Shown in pieces: positions 13,305-25,856 of a stretch of DNA of 64,000 nt (position 1 is its first letter; each line of letters starts with the position of its first letter). The notes below the pieces were generated by a model, which made no database searches, was not told where the DNA came from, and saw nothing but the letters and a program-made list of their open reading frames with translations. The position numbers and the translations under genes were made by a program. The stretch lies in assembly GCA_965645245.1 (NCBI GenBank), contig OZ287082.1, positions 1,054,001 to 1,118,000 of the forward strand, given 5' to 3'. The DNA comes from Massalongia carnosa (lineage: Eukaryota).

Positions 13305-14628
13305 CAGTCGGGTCTAGGAAGTGACCGAACAGCGCACGTTCCACCCCCATTTTACCCCTCACCCCTAATGATGAAAATCACCCCAATCAATCAATTTCCA
13401 ACTTGATGCTTTGAAACCTTCATATTTCGTCAAATACTGTATGCTGAAGAAGATTAAATCATCAGTATTTAATAGAACCCCCTTTAGCCTTAATAAGAAA
13501 GCGAATACGCTCAGGCATGCTCTCAATGCACCGTCTGAAGTCCTCCTCAGTCAACAGCTCCCATTCCTCCCGAATAGCCTGCTCCATGGCCTCAATTGTA
13601 TGGATTTGGTGACGACGGGCACTGACCCGTATTTTGATAATACGCCAGAGATTCTCAATGGGATTCAAATCGGGTGACTGAGGTGGCCAATCCATGCGTA
13701 AAAGCCCGTTTCGTCTCCCCCAATCAATCACCATTTTCGAAGTATGATAGCTGGCTCCGTCATCCATCCAGATCGTCAAACCTCGCCTAGTCAAGCATGC
13801 TTCATAAAACGAGAGCCCTAAAGGCCGTAGCACCTCGTCAATGTAGATATCTGAATTCATTCGTCTCCCCTTATTCAAAACGAGCATAGGGCCTTTTTCA
13901 CCCAATCGTATGCTAGCCCAGATGCCCACAGTGCTTCGTCCGCTTTTGAATGTAGGCTTCAGATATCTAGACTCCATGGCCGTGCCTTTTCGTCTCGTGA
14001 CGTAGCACGAGCGAGTGTCTAAACCAGTTTCAAACGTAGCTTCATCTGTCCATATAACTCGGCCCCAATCTCCTACCGTCCAATGCTTATGCTCCTTGCC
14101 CCATTTTAGCCTGATTGCTTTGTGACGTGCTGATAGAAACGGCTTTTTTCTAGCCCTGAAACGGAAATAGCCACCGAGCTTCAGATATTTCGTACGGTGA
14201 CGCGAGAGAGCTTTTGACCCGATTTGGAAGGGGTAGTCAGGGCCAGCAAATTATCGTGTGGATTTTTCTCAACATGGCGAATCAATGCCCGTCTGGCACG
14301 GACATTTAGCTTGGTTGGCCGGCCAGTACGTTTTTTGGGAACGGAAGAGGCGTCGGCTTGTCTCTTAGCTCTATGAACTATGGTGACCACGGTGGAACGG
14401 GCCAGCCGAACTTGACGGGCTATTTCAGCATAGGAATAGTGGACTTCATGAAGAGCTACAACGATAGCAATGGTTTCAGACGAATGTTCACGTCTGGCCG
14501 TCTTGGGTTTGGAAGGCATTTCGTTGATCAGATGAAAATTGATGGAGAAAGGGGACGGTGAAGTAAGGGGGGAATTTAGATGAGGGGAAATTAAGCGAAG
14601 TGTTTGCTGACTTCCTAGACCCGATTTG
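13305..14628 (-). mobile_element. Tc1-like (DD34E) transposon inserted between gag and pol; transposase frameshifted (14519-13462)
   Basis: Imperfect TIR CAGTCGGGTCTAGGAAGT, TA TSD, WTDE and MDDGASYH...SPDLNPIE motifs with 34-residue spacing. Confidence 0.9.
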
Positions 14629-14794
14629 TACCCAGTTTTGATATTGGGCAGGAGTTTCGGTTATCACGCAAGTTTGATTTATTTTCGGTTTCGCAAGCAA
14701 GAGCTAGATATAGGGAGTTTGTTCGGGTTGATGGAGCATACAAGAGAAAGGGTGATAAGGTGCGCCGGCGGAAAGATGGATTTCTGACGGTTCA

Positions 14795-17700
14795 ATGCCT
14801 GGGGGGATGCCTGATTGGAGAGAAAGAGCTTTGGAGAGGGAAAGAGCGATGCCTAGGTTGCCCAACGAAAAATATCCAGGGTGGTTGATACCGAAATTCT
14901 CACGTATGGCGCGAGGAGCACGATTGACTCCAGAAAGATTGCAAAAGATTCGAGTAGGGGATGGGTTGTCCATGGAAGAGAGAGACCTTTTGGCCGAAGT
15001 CCTACACGGTAGGGAAGCTGCACTCGCTTGGGACTTTTCAGAGATGGGACTGGTCCGACCAGAAGTGGCGCCTCCGCAGGAGATCCGTACGATCGAGCAT
15101 AAGCTTTGGCAGCATCCTGGTTTCGCTATTCCAAAATCACTACAGGAGAAGACCATCGAAATGGTAAAAGAGCGCCTTGCGATCGGAGCAATAGAACCTT
15201 GCCATGGTCATTATCGCAATCCTTGGTATGTCATAGGGAAAAAGGAGAAGGGAAAATATAGGCTCATCAATGCTTGCACGGAAATGAACAGAGTTACCTT
15301 GCGGGACGCCACTTTACCTCCTATGGCGGACGATTTTGCTGAGAACTTCGCGGGATGTTCGGTAGCGTCGTTGGTGGACTGGTTTTCCGGTTATGATCAA
15401 ATTTCGCTAGACCTCAAGAGCAGAGACTATACAGCTTTTCAGACGGCACTAGGACTCATGAGGATGACTCGACTTCCTCAAGGAGCCACCAATTCCGTGG
15501 GACAATTTGTTAGGATAAATAATCAAATCCTGCAGGCTCAGATACCTCATAATGCGGAACCTTTCGTGGATGATGTGGGAGTCAAAGGGCCCAAGATAAA
15601 GTATGACAATGAAATGGTCGCCCCTGGCATCCGCCGATTTATAAAGGAACATCTTCAGGCGCTGGACGAGGTTCTAGCCGATTATGAGAGAGCTGGTGTG
15701 ACTATCTCGGGGGCAAAATCACAATTTGCCATGCCTGGGATCCGTATTGTTGGTTATATTTGTGACTATGACGGTCGACATCCGGATACTGCCAAGGTCA
15801 TAAAAATTGTTGATTGGCCTCCTTGTCAGGATGTTACCGGTGCACGAGCTTTCATCGGTGTTTGCGTGTACTATCGTATATGGATCTTTGAGTTTGCCAT
15901 CGTCGCTGAGCCTATCTACCGTCTGTTCAAAAAGAAGATCCTTTTTGTTTGGGGAGTAGAGCAACAGGAAGCCATGGATAAGCTGAAACTTGCGTTGACT
16001 ACCTCTCCGGCACTGCGGTCGCTGGATTATTCGATAGGAGCTGGGCTCATCATTTTGGGAGTGGATTCGAGTGGTAAGGGATGGGGTGCCGTCTTGATGC
16101 AGGAGTGGGAGGGCAAGCGACACCCTTCGCGATATGAAAGTGCTATTTGGTCCGACACCGAAAAGTCCTATGATGCGACGAAGAGAGAGTGTAGAGGGGT
16201 CTTGAAGGCTCTCAAGAAGGTCCGCAACTATCTTTATGGAGTACATTTCTTGTTGGAGACAGATGCTTCGGTGCTTGTGGCTCAATTAAATCGTGGAGGG
16301 ACGGATTTGCCAGGTGCGCTTGTTACCAGATGGATAGCTTGGATTCAGCTCTTCGACTTTGACGTGAAGCACGTTGCGGGTAAAAAGCATACAGCAGCAG
16401 ATGGACTGTCTCGTAAACCCCCTACCGAAGACGATATACGGGAGAGAGAGATGGAAGAAGACATAGAAGATTTTATTGATGCAGAATTAGGCTCTCTAAG
16501 AGTTGCCTCTATTTCCGTTACAGACGAACTGCCCTTAGAGGAGAGTTATTCAGAAAAATCTCAACAAATCGCTGCCTATCTTACGAGTTTACAGAGACCG
16601 GCCGGCAGAAGGAAAGAGTTTTACAAGTTCAAGAAAGAAGCGATGAGATACTGTGTGCAGGGGAGAAAGCTGTTTCGACGAAACAACAAAAATGTCCCCA
16701 TACGAAGAGTTGTAGATGACGACAAGGAGAGACAGGAGATTATGGAGAAACTACATGATGAGAGTGGTCACAAAGGGAGAGAAGGGACCTACCGTAGGAT
16801 TGCTGACCGCTACTGGTGGGATGACCTTCATGCTCATGTCAAGGCCTACGTACGAAGTTGCGAGAGATGTCAAATGCGGGACCCTACACGGCAGGAAGAA
16901 GCTCTACATCCTACCTGGATAAGTCTTTGTTGGGCCAAAGTAGGTCTGGATGTTGTGTACATGCCTTCAAGGGAGGGCAAGAAGTTCCTGGTGGCTGCTA
17001 GAGATGATCTTTCAGGCTGGGTAGAAGCTCGGGCAATAGGAAATGCCAATTCGTTGTCGGTCGCTAGGTTCCTTTGGGAAGATGTCATCTGCCGTCATGG
17101 TTGTTTTGGCCGCTTGATTGTAGATGGAGGGCCGGAAAACAAGGATTTAGTTGAAGAACTCACAGCGCGATACGGAATTAAGAGGGTCCAGGTGTCTTCT
17201 TATCACCCACAGGCCAATGGTATGATCGAGAGGGGCCATAGACCCATTGTTGATGCACTGTCCAAGATGACCGATGGAGGGTTGGGAAATTGGGTCGAGA
17301 ACCTACCCGCTGTATTATGGGCTGACCGTTCCACTGTCAAGAGTACCACCGGCTTCTCCCCATATTATGTGACCTGTGGCAGTGAACCTGTTCTACCGAT
17401 TGAGTTGGAGGTACCTACCTGGCGTATTCTTCCTTGGAGTGAGGTTCATACAACTGCCGAGCTATTAGCTATGAGAGCTCGTCAGCTTCAGAGGCGGGAG
17501 GAGGATCTTGAGGAAGCTGTGCATCATTTACAGCGCATGAGGATGGAAGGAAAAGAGGAGTTTGATGATGCGCACCTAATTAGAGCCAAAGAGCTAAAGA
17601 AAGGAGACTTAGTACTGCTCCATGACACCAAGAGAGATGCGGTGATGTCTACCTCCGTCAAACTGGCCTATCGATGGCTGGGACCATACAGGATACATGA

Positions 17701-17929
17701 AGCTAAACCCGAGAAGGGGACATACCTTCTAGCAGAATTGGACGGGACGGTCTTGGCTAACACCTTTGCGGGCAATCGGTTGAAAGAATTCCACCCCAGA
17801 CAAGACCTTACTCATATTACGACTCCGGAGCATGACACAGAAGAAGTCAACATTGATCCCAGACAGCATGCAATTCCCGAAGGTTGGCCGTTAGCGGTAG
17901 TTGTTCCTCCGATCTCCGGCATAGCATAG
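14795..17929 (+). CDS. Pol: reverse transcriptase, RNase H and integrase
   Basis: RLPQG...FVDD (RT), DSS/TD (RNase H), H-x4-H...CERC zinc finger, D...DGG...E integrase core, GPY motif. Confidence 0.95.
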   Translation: MPGGMPDWRERALERERAMPRLPNEKYPGWLIPKFSRMARGARLTPERLQKIRVGDGLSMEERDLLAEVLHGREAALAWDFSEMGLVRPEVAPPQEIRTIEHKLWQHPGFAIPKSLQEKTIEMVKERLAIGAIEPCHGHYRNPWYVIGKKEKGKYRLINACTEMNRVTLRDATLPPMADDFAENFAGCSVASLVDWFSGYDQISLDLKSRDYTAFQTALGLMRMTRLPQGATNSVGQFVRINNQILQAQIPHNAEPFVDDVGVKGPKIKYDNEMVAPGIRRFIKEHLQALDEVLADYERAGVTISGAKSQFAMPGIRIVGYICDYDGRHPDTAKVIKIVDWPPCQDVTGARAFIGVCVYYRIWIFEFAIVAEPIYRLFKKKILFVWGVEQQEAMDKLKLALTTSPALRSLDYSIGAGLIILGVDSSGKGWGAVLMQEWEGKRHPSRYESAIWSDTEKSYDATKRECRGVLKALKKVRNYLYGVHFLLETDASVLVAQLNRGGTDLPGALVTRWIAWIQLFDFDVKHVAGKKHTAADGLSRKPPTEDDIREREMEEDIEDFIDAELGSLRVASISVTDELPLEESYSEKSQQIAAYLTSLQRPAGRRKEFYKFKKEAMRYCVQGRKLFRRNNKNVPIRRVVDDDKERQEIMEKLHDESGHKGREGTYRRIADRYWWDDLHAHVKAYVRSCERCQMRDPTRQEEALHPTWISLCWAKVGLDVVYMPSREGKKFLVAARDDLSGWVEARAIGNANSLSVARFLWEDVICRHGCFGRLIVDGGPENKDLVEELTARYGIKRVQVSSYHPQANGMIERGHRPIVDALSKMTDGGLGNWVENLPAVLWADRSTVKSTTGFSPYYVTCGSEPVLPIELEVPTWRILPWSEVHTTAELLAMRARQLQRREEDLEEAVHHLQRMRMEGKEEFDDAHLIRAKELKKGDLVLLHDTKRDAVMSTSVKLAYRWLGPYRIHEAKPEKGTYLLAELDGTVLANTFAGNRLKEFHPRQDLTHITTPEHDTEEVNIDPRQHAIPEGWPLAVVVPPISGIA

Positions 17930-18209
17930 ACCGAGTGTGTGTGTGTTTCTGACTGTAGTCGTTCTTTCATGATGATTTTCCTTTGTATAAGTGAAGAAGT
18001 GAGAGTTTCCTTGGATTTGAACTTCACGTATTGACCAATTTCCTCCCTCACCTAAAGACGTAGCCATAAGAACTCCTCACGTCTTGTGTTCTCTCCTTCC
18101 TCAGCTTTCATCTTTTCATCAATCATCAGCAAAACTTTTACACCTAGTACAACTCCTCTCTTCTCATATTTACATCTGCCTTTCCATAACCTGATTGTGT
18201 GTTCCCATC

Positions 18210-18737
18210 ATGACCTTCTCTGAGTTCCAGGTGGTCAAGATACGGGCCGGGGATAGAGAGTTCCCCACCCTAGATAGTGCGATTGCCTACATGGGCACAT
18301 TACCACCACCAGTACGCCTTCAGGCACAGGAGTTAGTGGCCGGGTCGCTAGAAGAAATGGGCGCACATTTTGAGGACACTGTAGCAAAATTCTGGGACTA
18401 CTTAGAGTCCGATGGAACCATGAATGAACTGGTTACGGGGCGGAGTGGCCCGAGGGAGAGATTCGGATATGTGAAGACGGAGGCCGGGGAGTTGTGCGCC
18501 GGACACGGGGGGAAAGATACTGGGGGAAGCGAAGAGACAAGAAGAGGACGAGAGATGCGCATGCACGGCACCAGAAGAGTGGGTAGCAGACCTGGAGGGG
18601 GAGGGGGAGGGGGAATCGAGCTCCACCCGGAGTATCGAGCTCCTCTCCTTCCATCAGTATGGATCCATAGGTTTGTGTGTTCGTCACGTGAATATGCTTG
18701 CTGCCCTATTCGGACTAAAAACTCCTATCGAACCTAA
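18210..18737 (+). CDS. Extra ORF of unknown function between pol and the 3' LTR, possibly degenerate
   Basis: Protein-like N-terminal ~90 aa (MTFSEFQVVKIRAGDREFPTLDSAIAYMG...), preceded by a CT-rich leader. Confidence 0.4.
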   Translation: MTFSEFQVVKIRAGDREFPTLDSAIAYMGTLPPPVRLQAQELVAGSLEEMGAHFEDTVAKFWDYLESDGTMNELVTGRSGPRERFGYVKTEAGELCAGHGGKDTGGSEETRRGREMRMHGTRRVGSRPGGGGGGGIELHPEYRAPLLPSVWIHRFVCSSREYACCPIRTKNSYRT

Positions 18738-19410
18738 GGAACAGGTGAGGCGGTTAACAAGGTTGTGGGCAGAAAGGAAGAGAGGGGTGGACCGCTTGCG
18801 GTCCATGCCCGAGACGGACACGTGGTGAGACTTGGGAGCGCCGCCGACTGGGTGGGCGGATAGTACAGGCAGACATTGATGCCAGGGGACGGCATCAATG
18901 GGGGTCTGTGGGTGTGTGATAGGGTGAATAGGGACAAGGGCAGGTGCTGAGGGGAGGGGGGGGGATTGGTGTGGACGGAGCGGAGGGGAGGTTTTCCGGG
19001 GCTGAGGCGCCCATTTTTCTATAGATAGGGGAAGTTTCACCCTCTAGACAGACAGGCAATCAACATTTTTCTTTCCTTCAGAGTCAGTATTCGTGTCCGA
19101 GTGACAGTGTCAGAGTGGCCGAGTCGTCACCGCCAACGTTCTGTTTGTTGTTTTCACGTGTGTTCCTTGTTTGCTTTCTGCCGGTCTTCTCTCCTTGAGG
19201 TCATCACGTATGCACCACCCACGACTACCCCTCTTCAGTAGTGCCAGTGGATTCCTTCCTACAGCTACCATGTGGGGGATATCAGAAGGGCATGTTTTTA
19301 ACTGCACCAAACGGGTGATAGAAGCACTGTGTCGGCTAAAGAATGACTTCGTTCAATGGCCCAGTGAAAGAGCTAGGATAAGAGAAAGTTTGACCAGAGA
19401 CAAGATGGAT

Positions 19411-19923
19411 TTATCGGGGTTGTTGGCAAGGTGGATGGTACCGACGTTGTTCTACATACAAAACCAGGTGAGGTCTTTCGGACTCCATTATGTAGGGTGG
19501 AGTGATAGTGGGAAGATCTCCCATAATCTCTTCCCACTCGTAGTAGAAAGGGCATTTCTTAATCGAGACCTCCTTGATGGTTATTCCCCGCGTGTTTTCC
19601 GCCACTACCTCATGTTTTGTTGGATCTTACCCCCATCCCGTCTGATCCGCGAGGGCCCTGGTTTCTTTGAAAGATTTAATCATTTGGGCGACTTTATCTC
19701 TGGCTTTTTCCTTGGATACATCGGGTCGTTGAGCACTCAGTCCAGACTCCAACAGCATTCTTCTACAAGCTTCTACCTTGTTTCCTTTTTGATAGAGATT
19801 GAGATTGACGGAAATACCCTGATCGTCTCTGATACAAAGCCATTGAATGACTAGTTGAGTGTCTTCATCTTTCCAACGGATATTGTGACCTCGAGATCGA
19901 GTTGGAAGAGTGATGAACGTCAT
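19411..19923 (-). pseudogene. Harbinger Myb/SANT-like DNA-binding protein, spliced and truncated
   Basis: RWKDEDTQLVIQWL...KARDKV...TGWG, then a GTAAG intron, then KKCPFYYEWEEIMG. Convergent with the transposase inside the same TIRs. Confidence 0.75.
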
Positions 19924-20434
19924 GTTTAATGATTAGGAATGATCAAGATGAGATGATAATAATTGAGTTAAAATAAACCAGCTAAGATAACCTAAATAAC
20001 GTGACTCAGCCCTACTTTTCGAAAATTAAAACCTGAAAACCTGAAATTCCGGACTCATGAGACCGGAATTTCAGGTTTTCAGGTTTTAATTTTCGAAAAG
20101 TAGGGCTGAGAATTTATACCTAAATAGGTTTAATGTGCTTACATAAAAAACCTGAAACCCTGAAAACCTGAAAACCTGGCCAAAAAAACTCAACCGTGAA
20201 AACCCCTAATGAATGACTGTTGCAATTTCAAATAATCATGTTTTATTGGTTGGACTTTTTTCGATCGAATGCCTCAAACCATAAACGGTTCAGTTATGTT
20301 GTTGTTGTGCTTCTTATCAATTCACGATTGGAGTGTGGGGGCAATGACCGATATCGGCCTACCTTGTACTAGGCGGGGTGATTGGGATTTGGCAAGCGGT
20401 GGGGTAATGCATGGGCAGGCATACACTATGGTAT

Positions 20435-20488
20435 GTACAGAGTACTGTACAGAGTACTGTACAGAGTACTGTACAGAGTACGGAGTAC
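20435..20488. repeat. 12-bp tandem repeat (GTACAGAGTACT)n, about 4 copies
   Basis: Read directly; related GTACGGAGTA motifs occur at about 23378-23415. Confidence 0.8.
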
Positions 20489-20994
20489 CCTGTAATTTGA
20501 AATCAAAAAGAACAAAATACTAGTAGTTAGCTTGTATGCAGTGCTAATAGAGCTTCCGCAAGACAGGTTGTATTTTTCCCGACCATCGCCCGTTAAAATT
20601 TATGTCATGCCTACACAGTTTATCTCGACGTAAATCTCCTTCTGTCCTCCCCCGTTCGACCGATTGAACTCGAAAAAAATTCTCACAACGCTCTCATTCT
20701 CCGGCTCTTAGCATACGAATTCCAGGCGCTACGTAGCTAGCTTATCACGTCGCTCAGAAGCCCTACTCTCTTTGGCAATCAGCCATCACTCAACTCGAGC
20801 AACACAGTCATCGCACGAGGTTCTCTACACCCAGGACCAGTCCTGAAGGCTTGCAATTGAAGAATTTGGATCAGAAAACTCGTTAGTTCTCAGAAGTGCA
20901 TCAATCTGAGAAGAATGGATCTCGTTAGACCTACAACTTCCTTTCCCCCTCGCACCAAATTATTTCTTCAGTCGTGAGCTCGAGGGTAACCCAG

Positions 20995-22623
20995 ATGGCT
21001 ACCCAGTGGCCTGAAAACCGACGAACTGTATATGCTTGCCTGGTTCTTAGGGCCGCGGATTCACTTGGTTACGCCTTGATGTCAACGCCTCTTTTACAAT
21101 TACTCGAATCAGACGTGTGTCGCAATTATTATCGAGAGCACAACGATAGCATTGTTCCCCGCGATGGCTATATCTCCGACCGGTTGTGTAAAGCGGCACC
21201 AGTTCAAAGTGATATCTCATATATCAATGGAACAAATAGCATTCTAACTCTCTTGCCCAGTACGTTGACCTATGTCCCATGTTGTGCAACGTCCATGCTG
21301 ACTTGAAGGCAACGTGGGCCTTGACGTCGTTAGCCCTGATTGCGGCATTGCTTTATTTTGTACTTTGTCAGTTCGTAAATAAGAAAACAATCCTACTCGC
21401 AAACGTCACGGGCAATCTAATGATGCAAATTTACCTCATGGCTGTTTGTTCGTTACCTTCCCATTCGGCTTTCGGGCAAAATTCTGATAGGTCGTGACCA
21501 AGTGTATTTCTATAATACGGTTGATCCCCGATGGATGTGGCTCGCTGGCCTGTTCAGTTTCATTGGAGGCGGAGACTTGATCCTCAATGCTCTTCTCCAG
21601 GCCTTGATTGCCGAGACGATTCCGAACAATTCACTGTGAGTCAGAAGAGTCTCTTTTCGTGCCATCTGTCAGCACTCAACTGATTGCCACCGCAGGAGTA
21701 GCTTTTATCTGTATTCTACTGCTTCGGCCTTGATAGCTATTGTCATTGGTTCTGCAAGCAGCCTCTCCATCATGAAAACCTCACTATGGCTTCCCGTAAT
21801 TATGGGAGTTGTCATAAAATCGTTCAACATCCCGATGATCCTGTTATTCGTTGACCGAGTTGAACCCGGACGTCAGCCTGAGACAGCTGAGGATTTCCAT
21901 CTACTCACAACCCAGGATTACGACACGCAAAGTGAAACAGAAGCAGATATGAACAGACCACGTTTTCTAGCAAACCTCATCTGGCGACAGTTAACCAACT
22001 TGCGGGGTACGCTTCGTTGTTGTCTCTTCCCCCTACTAGTATGTGTTTCGCAAGAAGCCGGAAACAGTTTTCGTGGCATCCTTCCATACTGGTTGAGCAG
22101 AGAATATCAATGGAGCTTGCGCGAAACGGGCTATATCTCGTTGGGAGAAAGGCTGCTGACCGCGCTCATTATTTCTCTTCTACCTCGTCTTCCCAAATGG
22201 ATATTGTCTGGCGGTGGCGGTGGCGGTGGCGGTGGTGACGGTAAAAAAATCAAGAATGGTAGCTCAGACCTAGGCCTCGCAAGATTGTGCTTGTGCTTAG
22301 CCTGCCTAGGGACTGCATTACTGGGCTTCAGGTGGACTCGAATGTCTGCCATTTTATCTTTGGCTGTGTTAGCCACTGGGACTGGGTTCCGGGATGCGTA
22401 TCTCAGTTATGTGACTTCAAAGCTACAGAAGCATGAAATGGTGAAGGTATGCATGGCCCTCTCAATGGCACAGTTCTCGTCTATCAATTTTGGCGTTTTT
22501 GTGGTTGGGGAATTGTACGCCTTTTGTTTAAAAGTGGACCAACCATGGATGAACAGCCTTCCGATCTGGCTGTGTTCTCTGGTCTTTGCTTTTACTGTGT
22601 TCCTTCTGTGCCGCTCCGGCTAA
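20995..22623 (+). CDS. MFS transporter, UstT-like efflux pump, about 4 exons
   Basis: Multiple hydrophobic TM segments; N-terminal LLESDVCRNYY...LCKAAPVQSDI and WMWLAGLFSFIGGG motifs like those of UstT-type MFS proteins; introns at about 21260-21333, 21448-21501 and 21637-21695. Confidence 0.8.
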
Positions 22624-24084
22624 TACTGCCAGTCGGCATTTGAAATACTGATATAGTGGATATCAGCCAATGGCGTATCTACCGCCATGGAACTCAGTGC
22701 CACACGTTTGTCTCACTGCAATTGATCAACCTGATCAACAATAAGTCTGGTAGACGTCTAGAATTAAAACCACCTCTTGCGTGCCGTAAAGGGTACTCGG
22801 TCTGAATATGAGTACACACTAGACTTCACGTTGCATGTGCTGCAAGTCTTGGCCCACAGCAACATTAAACCAAGAGGCGGGATTCTTCAAAGTCGGAATC
22901 TTCGCTCCAAGTAGTGGAGCTTCATCAAGTGTGAACAGCTCATCGAAGACGCTTCACTTCCTGCTTGAAAGCGTATTTCCGCTACATTTTTATCGCACCA
23001 ACCGACGCGCTTTATGACTGCCCCGTTCTTGCAGGGAAACCGGCTTTGTAGGTACGCCGATGCAAATCGCGATGTGATCATGAGGATATCAATTAGCGTT
23101 TGTCAAGATAGCACATGAGCCAAACAGAGTGACAGAGTAATCGTGCCAATACACTAAACCCCAACCGAGCCATAGACCCTGACTCGGTTAGGGTTTAGTG
23201 TTTTGGACAACAAAGCATCCGAGTTCGGAGCGATGCTGGACGGCGAGCTCATTCAATCATGAAACCACACTACTCTGTACTTGGAAGGTCACGACGACGG
23301 ATCGGAACGGATCGGAACGGAGTCACTTCGTAGTTATCTAGGCCAAGCAAGCTTAGAAGTGGTGGGTAGAGCCATAGGTACGGAGTGTTTGTACGGAGTA
23401 CGGAGTACTCCGTACTCGAAGTGAGTGTACATACTTGTACCCCGCCTTGAAACCAGATGTAACGTATGCAGAGTCTTCACGCAGGGCGGCACGCGGAGAA
23501 GGATTTCGAGGTGACGTGCGATTCGCAGTTCGATCCGTAACGTGGTATACTGAACAGACATTCCGAGGAACGGAAATGTGAATAGCTGTCAATTTTCCGT
23601 TAACTACGATTTGGAAATCACGTCGGGTTTTGAGGTGATGCAAACTTCAGATTGCATGGTGTAGGAACTAGAATCTCAGGAATCAGTGGTTACGACGTTA
23701 GGGCAAGGTATGTGACAATGATAGGCCAGCTGACAGCACGGGAGTAAGATTTACCGATGCGCCCAACGGCATCACAAGCTTGGTGTTGGATTCGTGGCCT
23801 CCATTGGACGGGGATCGTGTCATGTTGACAGAATGGTCAAGATACACAACGCCACTGATTCAACGCTGATAGGAATCAAATTTACTATGGGTATAGATCT
23901 GCAAACTACGATTGCCACGGTGATTCGCAATGCCAGCAGAGCATGACATGAAAATCCCAGGCAGTGCGGCCAGACACTGCCTCATGTAAAATACAGAACT
24001 GAAGCCTCACTAGGGTGGATACATCAAACACATGTCATTAGCGTGCAGATCAGGAGAATTGACGGTTAGGATGCAATGCAAAAA

Positions 24085-25172
24085 CTAGTCGATCTCTTGG
24101 CCGCCGTATTTATCATCATTGATTTGATGCGCCTTAGCCCAGGTGTGGATTGCATCCATGTCACGGCATTGGACTGGTGTATCCCACATGGCAAAAGTGC
24201 CCGTTGCTCGCTCTTCAGGGGATTTCCGCAGATACTCCTCGGTGTGATGTCGAACTCCAGCTTCGTCGACGTAGCTGTAGTTGCCATTCCACCAGTAGAG
24301 CAACGAAACGTCTCCATGACACAGTAGGGACTGACGGATCATATCAAAGCAATGATCTGCGTAAATGAAAAACAATATCAGCTCATCCGTCCATCATCGA
24401 CTCTATAAAGAATGGGGGTCATGCTTACCTCGGTGAAACTCGATCTTTGCTGCAGTGTCATTCGGAAACCATCGATCCGCATGAAAAGTCCTGCGAATTC
24501 GATTTAGACAATGCATCTGGTGATAGACTCCCAGTCCGTATGGGACGAAGCCTGGATCGAGATATGCGTCGGCTGACTCCGGAAGCCCTGAACTTATCGC
24601 TTTTTCTTTCGGAATAAGGACCAAATGGTCATGTTCTGTAGCGAGTCAGGAATCGTCATGCCATACATATCATATCATCCTGGCCGATTCACGATTTCTT
24701 CGATACTTACCTCGCAACCAGCTATCCCACGCCTCATCGACCTCGGGATTGGAGGATCGGAATTCCTTCATTGGCTTATATTGGGTGTTGACGTATCGAA
24801 CGACACCGTCCTCACGCAATGGGGCTTGAAGGTGAGGATGTTAGAACTGAGCCAACGGGAAACCGTCTGCGATGAAGTTCTCGGGTACTCACAGTAAGGA
24901 GGCACAGGACTGTCACTGGAGATGCTGTTGCTTTTCTGTCGAGCCAGCGAGACGAAACCCAGAACCAAGAGTAGGCTGAATCCAGCATTCAGGCTCACCA
25001 GAACATTGAACCAGGAATCTGGGATCCATCGTTTCGAGGGTATTGCTCGAGATGATCGTCGTTCCAGAAGACCGTCCTTCTCGTAGAGATCCTCCAAGTC
25101 TTCGTTTCGTTCGTCAATGGAAGATCGGTGGGAGTTGCTCTCGCCTGGACAACGAGGTACGGTGATATTCAT
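24085..25172 (-). CDS. DUF3328 / UstYa-like oxidase (about 290 aa, 4 exons)
   Basis: Exons 25172-24893, 24824-24711, 24635-24429 and 24356-24085 join in frame with GT-AG introns. N-terminal TM helix, VDEAW, two HxxHC motifs (HQMHC, HRDHC), IRQSLLCHGD and QCRDMDAIHTWA. Confidence 0.93.
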
Positions 25173-25856
25173 GGTTATGGATCAGCTGGTCTCCTGTCTC
25201 GGGGCAAGGAGTGTTTTTGGGTCGATTGTTTATTGATACTGAAGCCGTGACTTCGGAGATTAAAGAAGGGCGTGTTCGGCTGTATTATGATAACTTACAG
25301 GATCACGTCATATGACTCAAACCTACTGAAGCCTTGGGAACTAGCGTGACAGACTGATCTTTCTGAGATGTTGATGTTCGGAATAGTAACGATCCGTGAT
25401 CGGAATGAAATTTTCAGTACATGTTACACTAACGAATCGGACGTGCTTTTCACGATGATGCTGCGGCTAATAAACCCGGCTTTGATATCAGAGCTTCCAC
25501 TGAAATCATTCTCGGCACGGTATGGACGGTATGACCCTGGTTCGTTCATTTAGTGCATGCGGTAGATCGATGGCATCATCCAACGTCTCAGCCAGCCACA
25601 GTAAGGCCTCGCTTCCGCAACACCTGCCGCAGCAAAAACTTGAAGATTAATGTATCCACCCGCAATCGGCTGAGGGGTAATGGATGATCTGGCCCGGATT
25701 GATGATCTGCTGTGGACCCTCGCCGTTATAAAAACTCTCCTAAATCTTGTCCTGATCCACTGATTAACCCTAACATAGAACCGGACAGAGAGTGAGCCGT
25801 ATAATCTCAATAACTATTTCGCCTCCATCGATTTTCTGACAATCCTGCCACTCAAC
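25173..25856. promoter_or_regulatory. Putative bidirectional promoter between the oxidase and precursor genes
   Basis: 684-bp gap between divergent start codons; TATAAAA at about 25727. Confidence 0.5.

Larger units (their letters stand above)
9497..19237 (+). mobile_element. Ty3/Gypsy LTR retrotransposon, full length
   Basis: LTRs 9497-9818 and 18917-19237 with about 4 differences, gag-protease and pol ORFs, TSD GTAGTG (or GTAG if the LTR starts 2 nt earlier). Confidence 0.95.
9121..19470 (+). pseudogene. Harbinger transposase interrupted by a Gypsy element and truncated
   Basis: MPRVSCK...FRMGHDGS (9121-9496) rejoins in frame to ASGFLPTATMWGISEGHV... after 19243. The GFIGVVGKVDGTD first-catalytic-Asp motif lies near 19410-19445, and homology then stops. 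Confidence 0.82.
8417..20207 (+). mobile_element. PIF/Harbinger DNA transposon, internally deleted, hosting nested insertions
   Basis: TIR AGGGGTTTTCACGGTTGA at both ends, 3-bp TSD AAT (8414-8416, 20208-20210), subterminal TCAGGTTT repeats, convergent transposase and Myb/SANT-like ORFs. Confidence 0.88.

Noticed and set aside
22624..24084. Possible fifth cluster gene between the transporter and oxidase
   Set aside because: Only short ORFs with no recognisable motif or consistent splice model.
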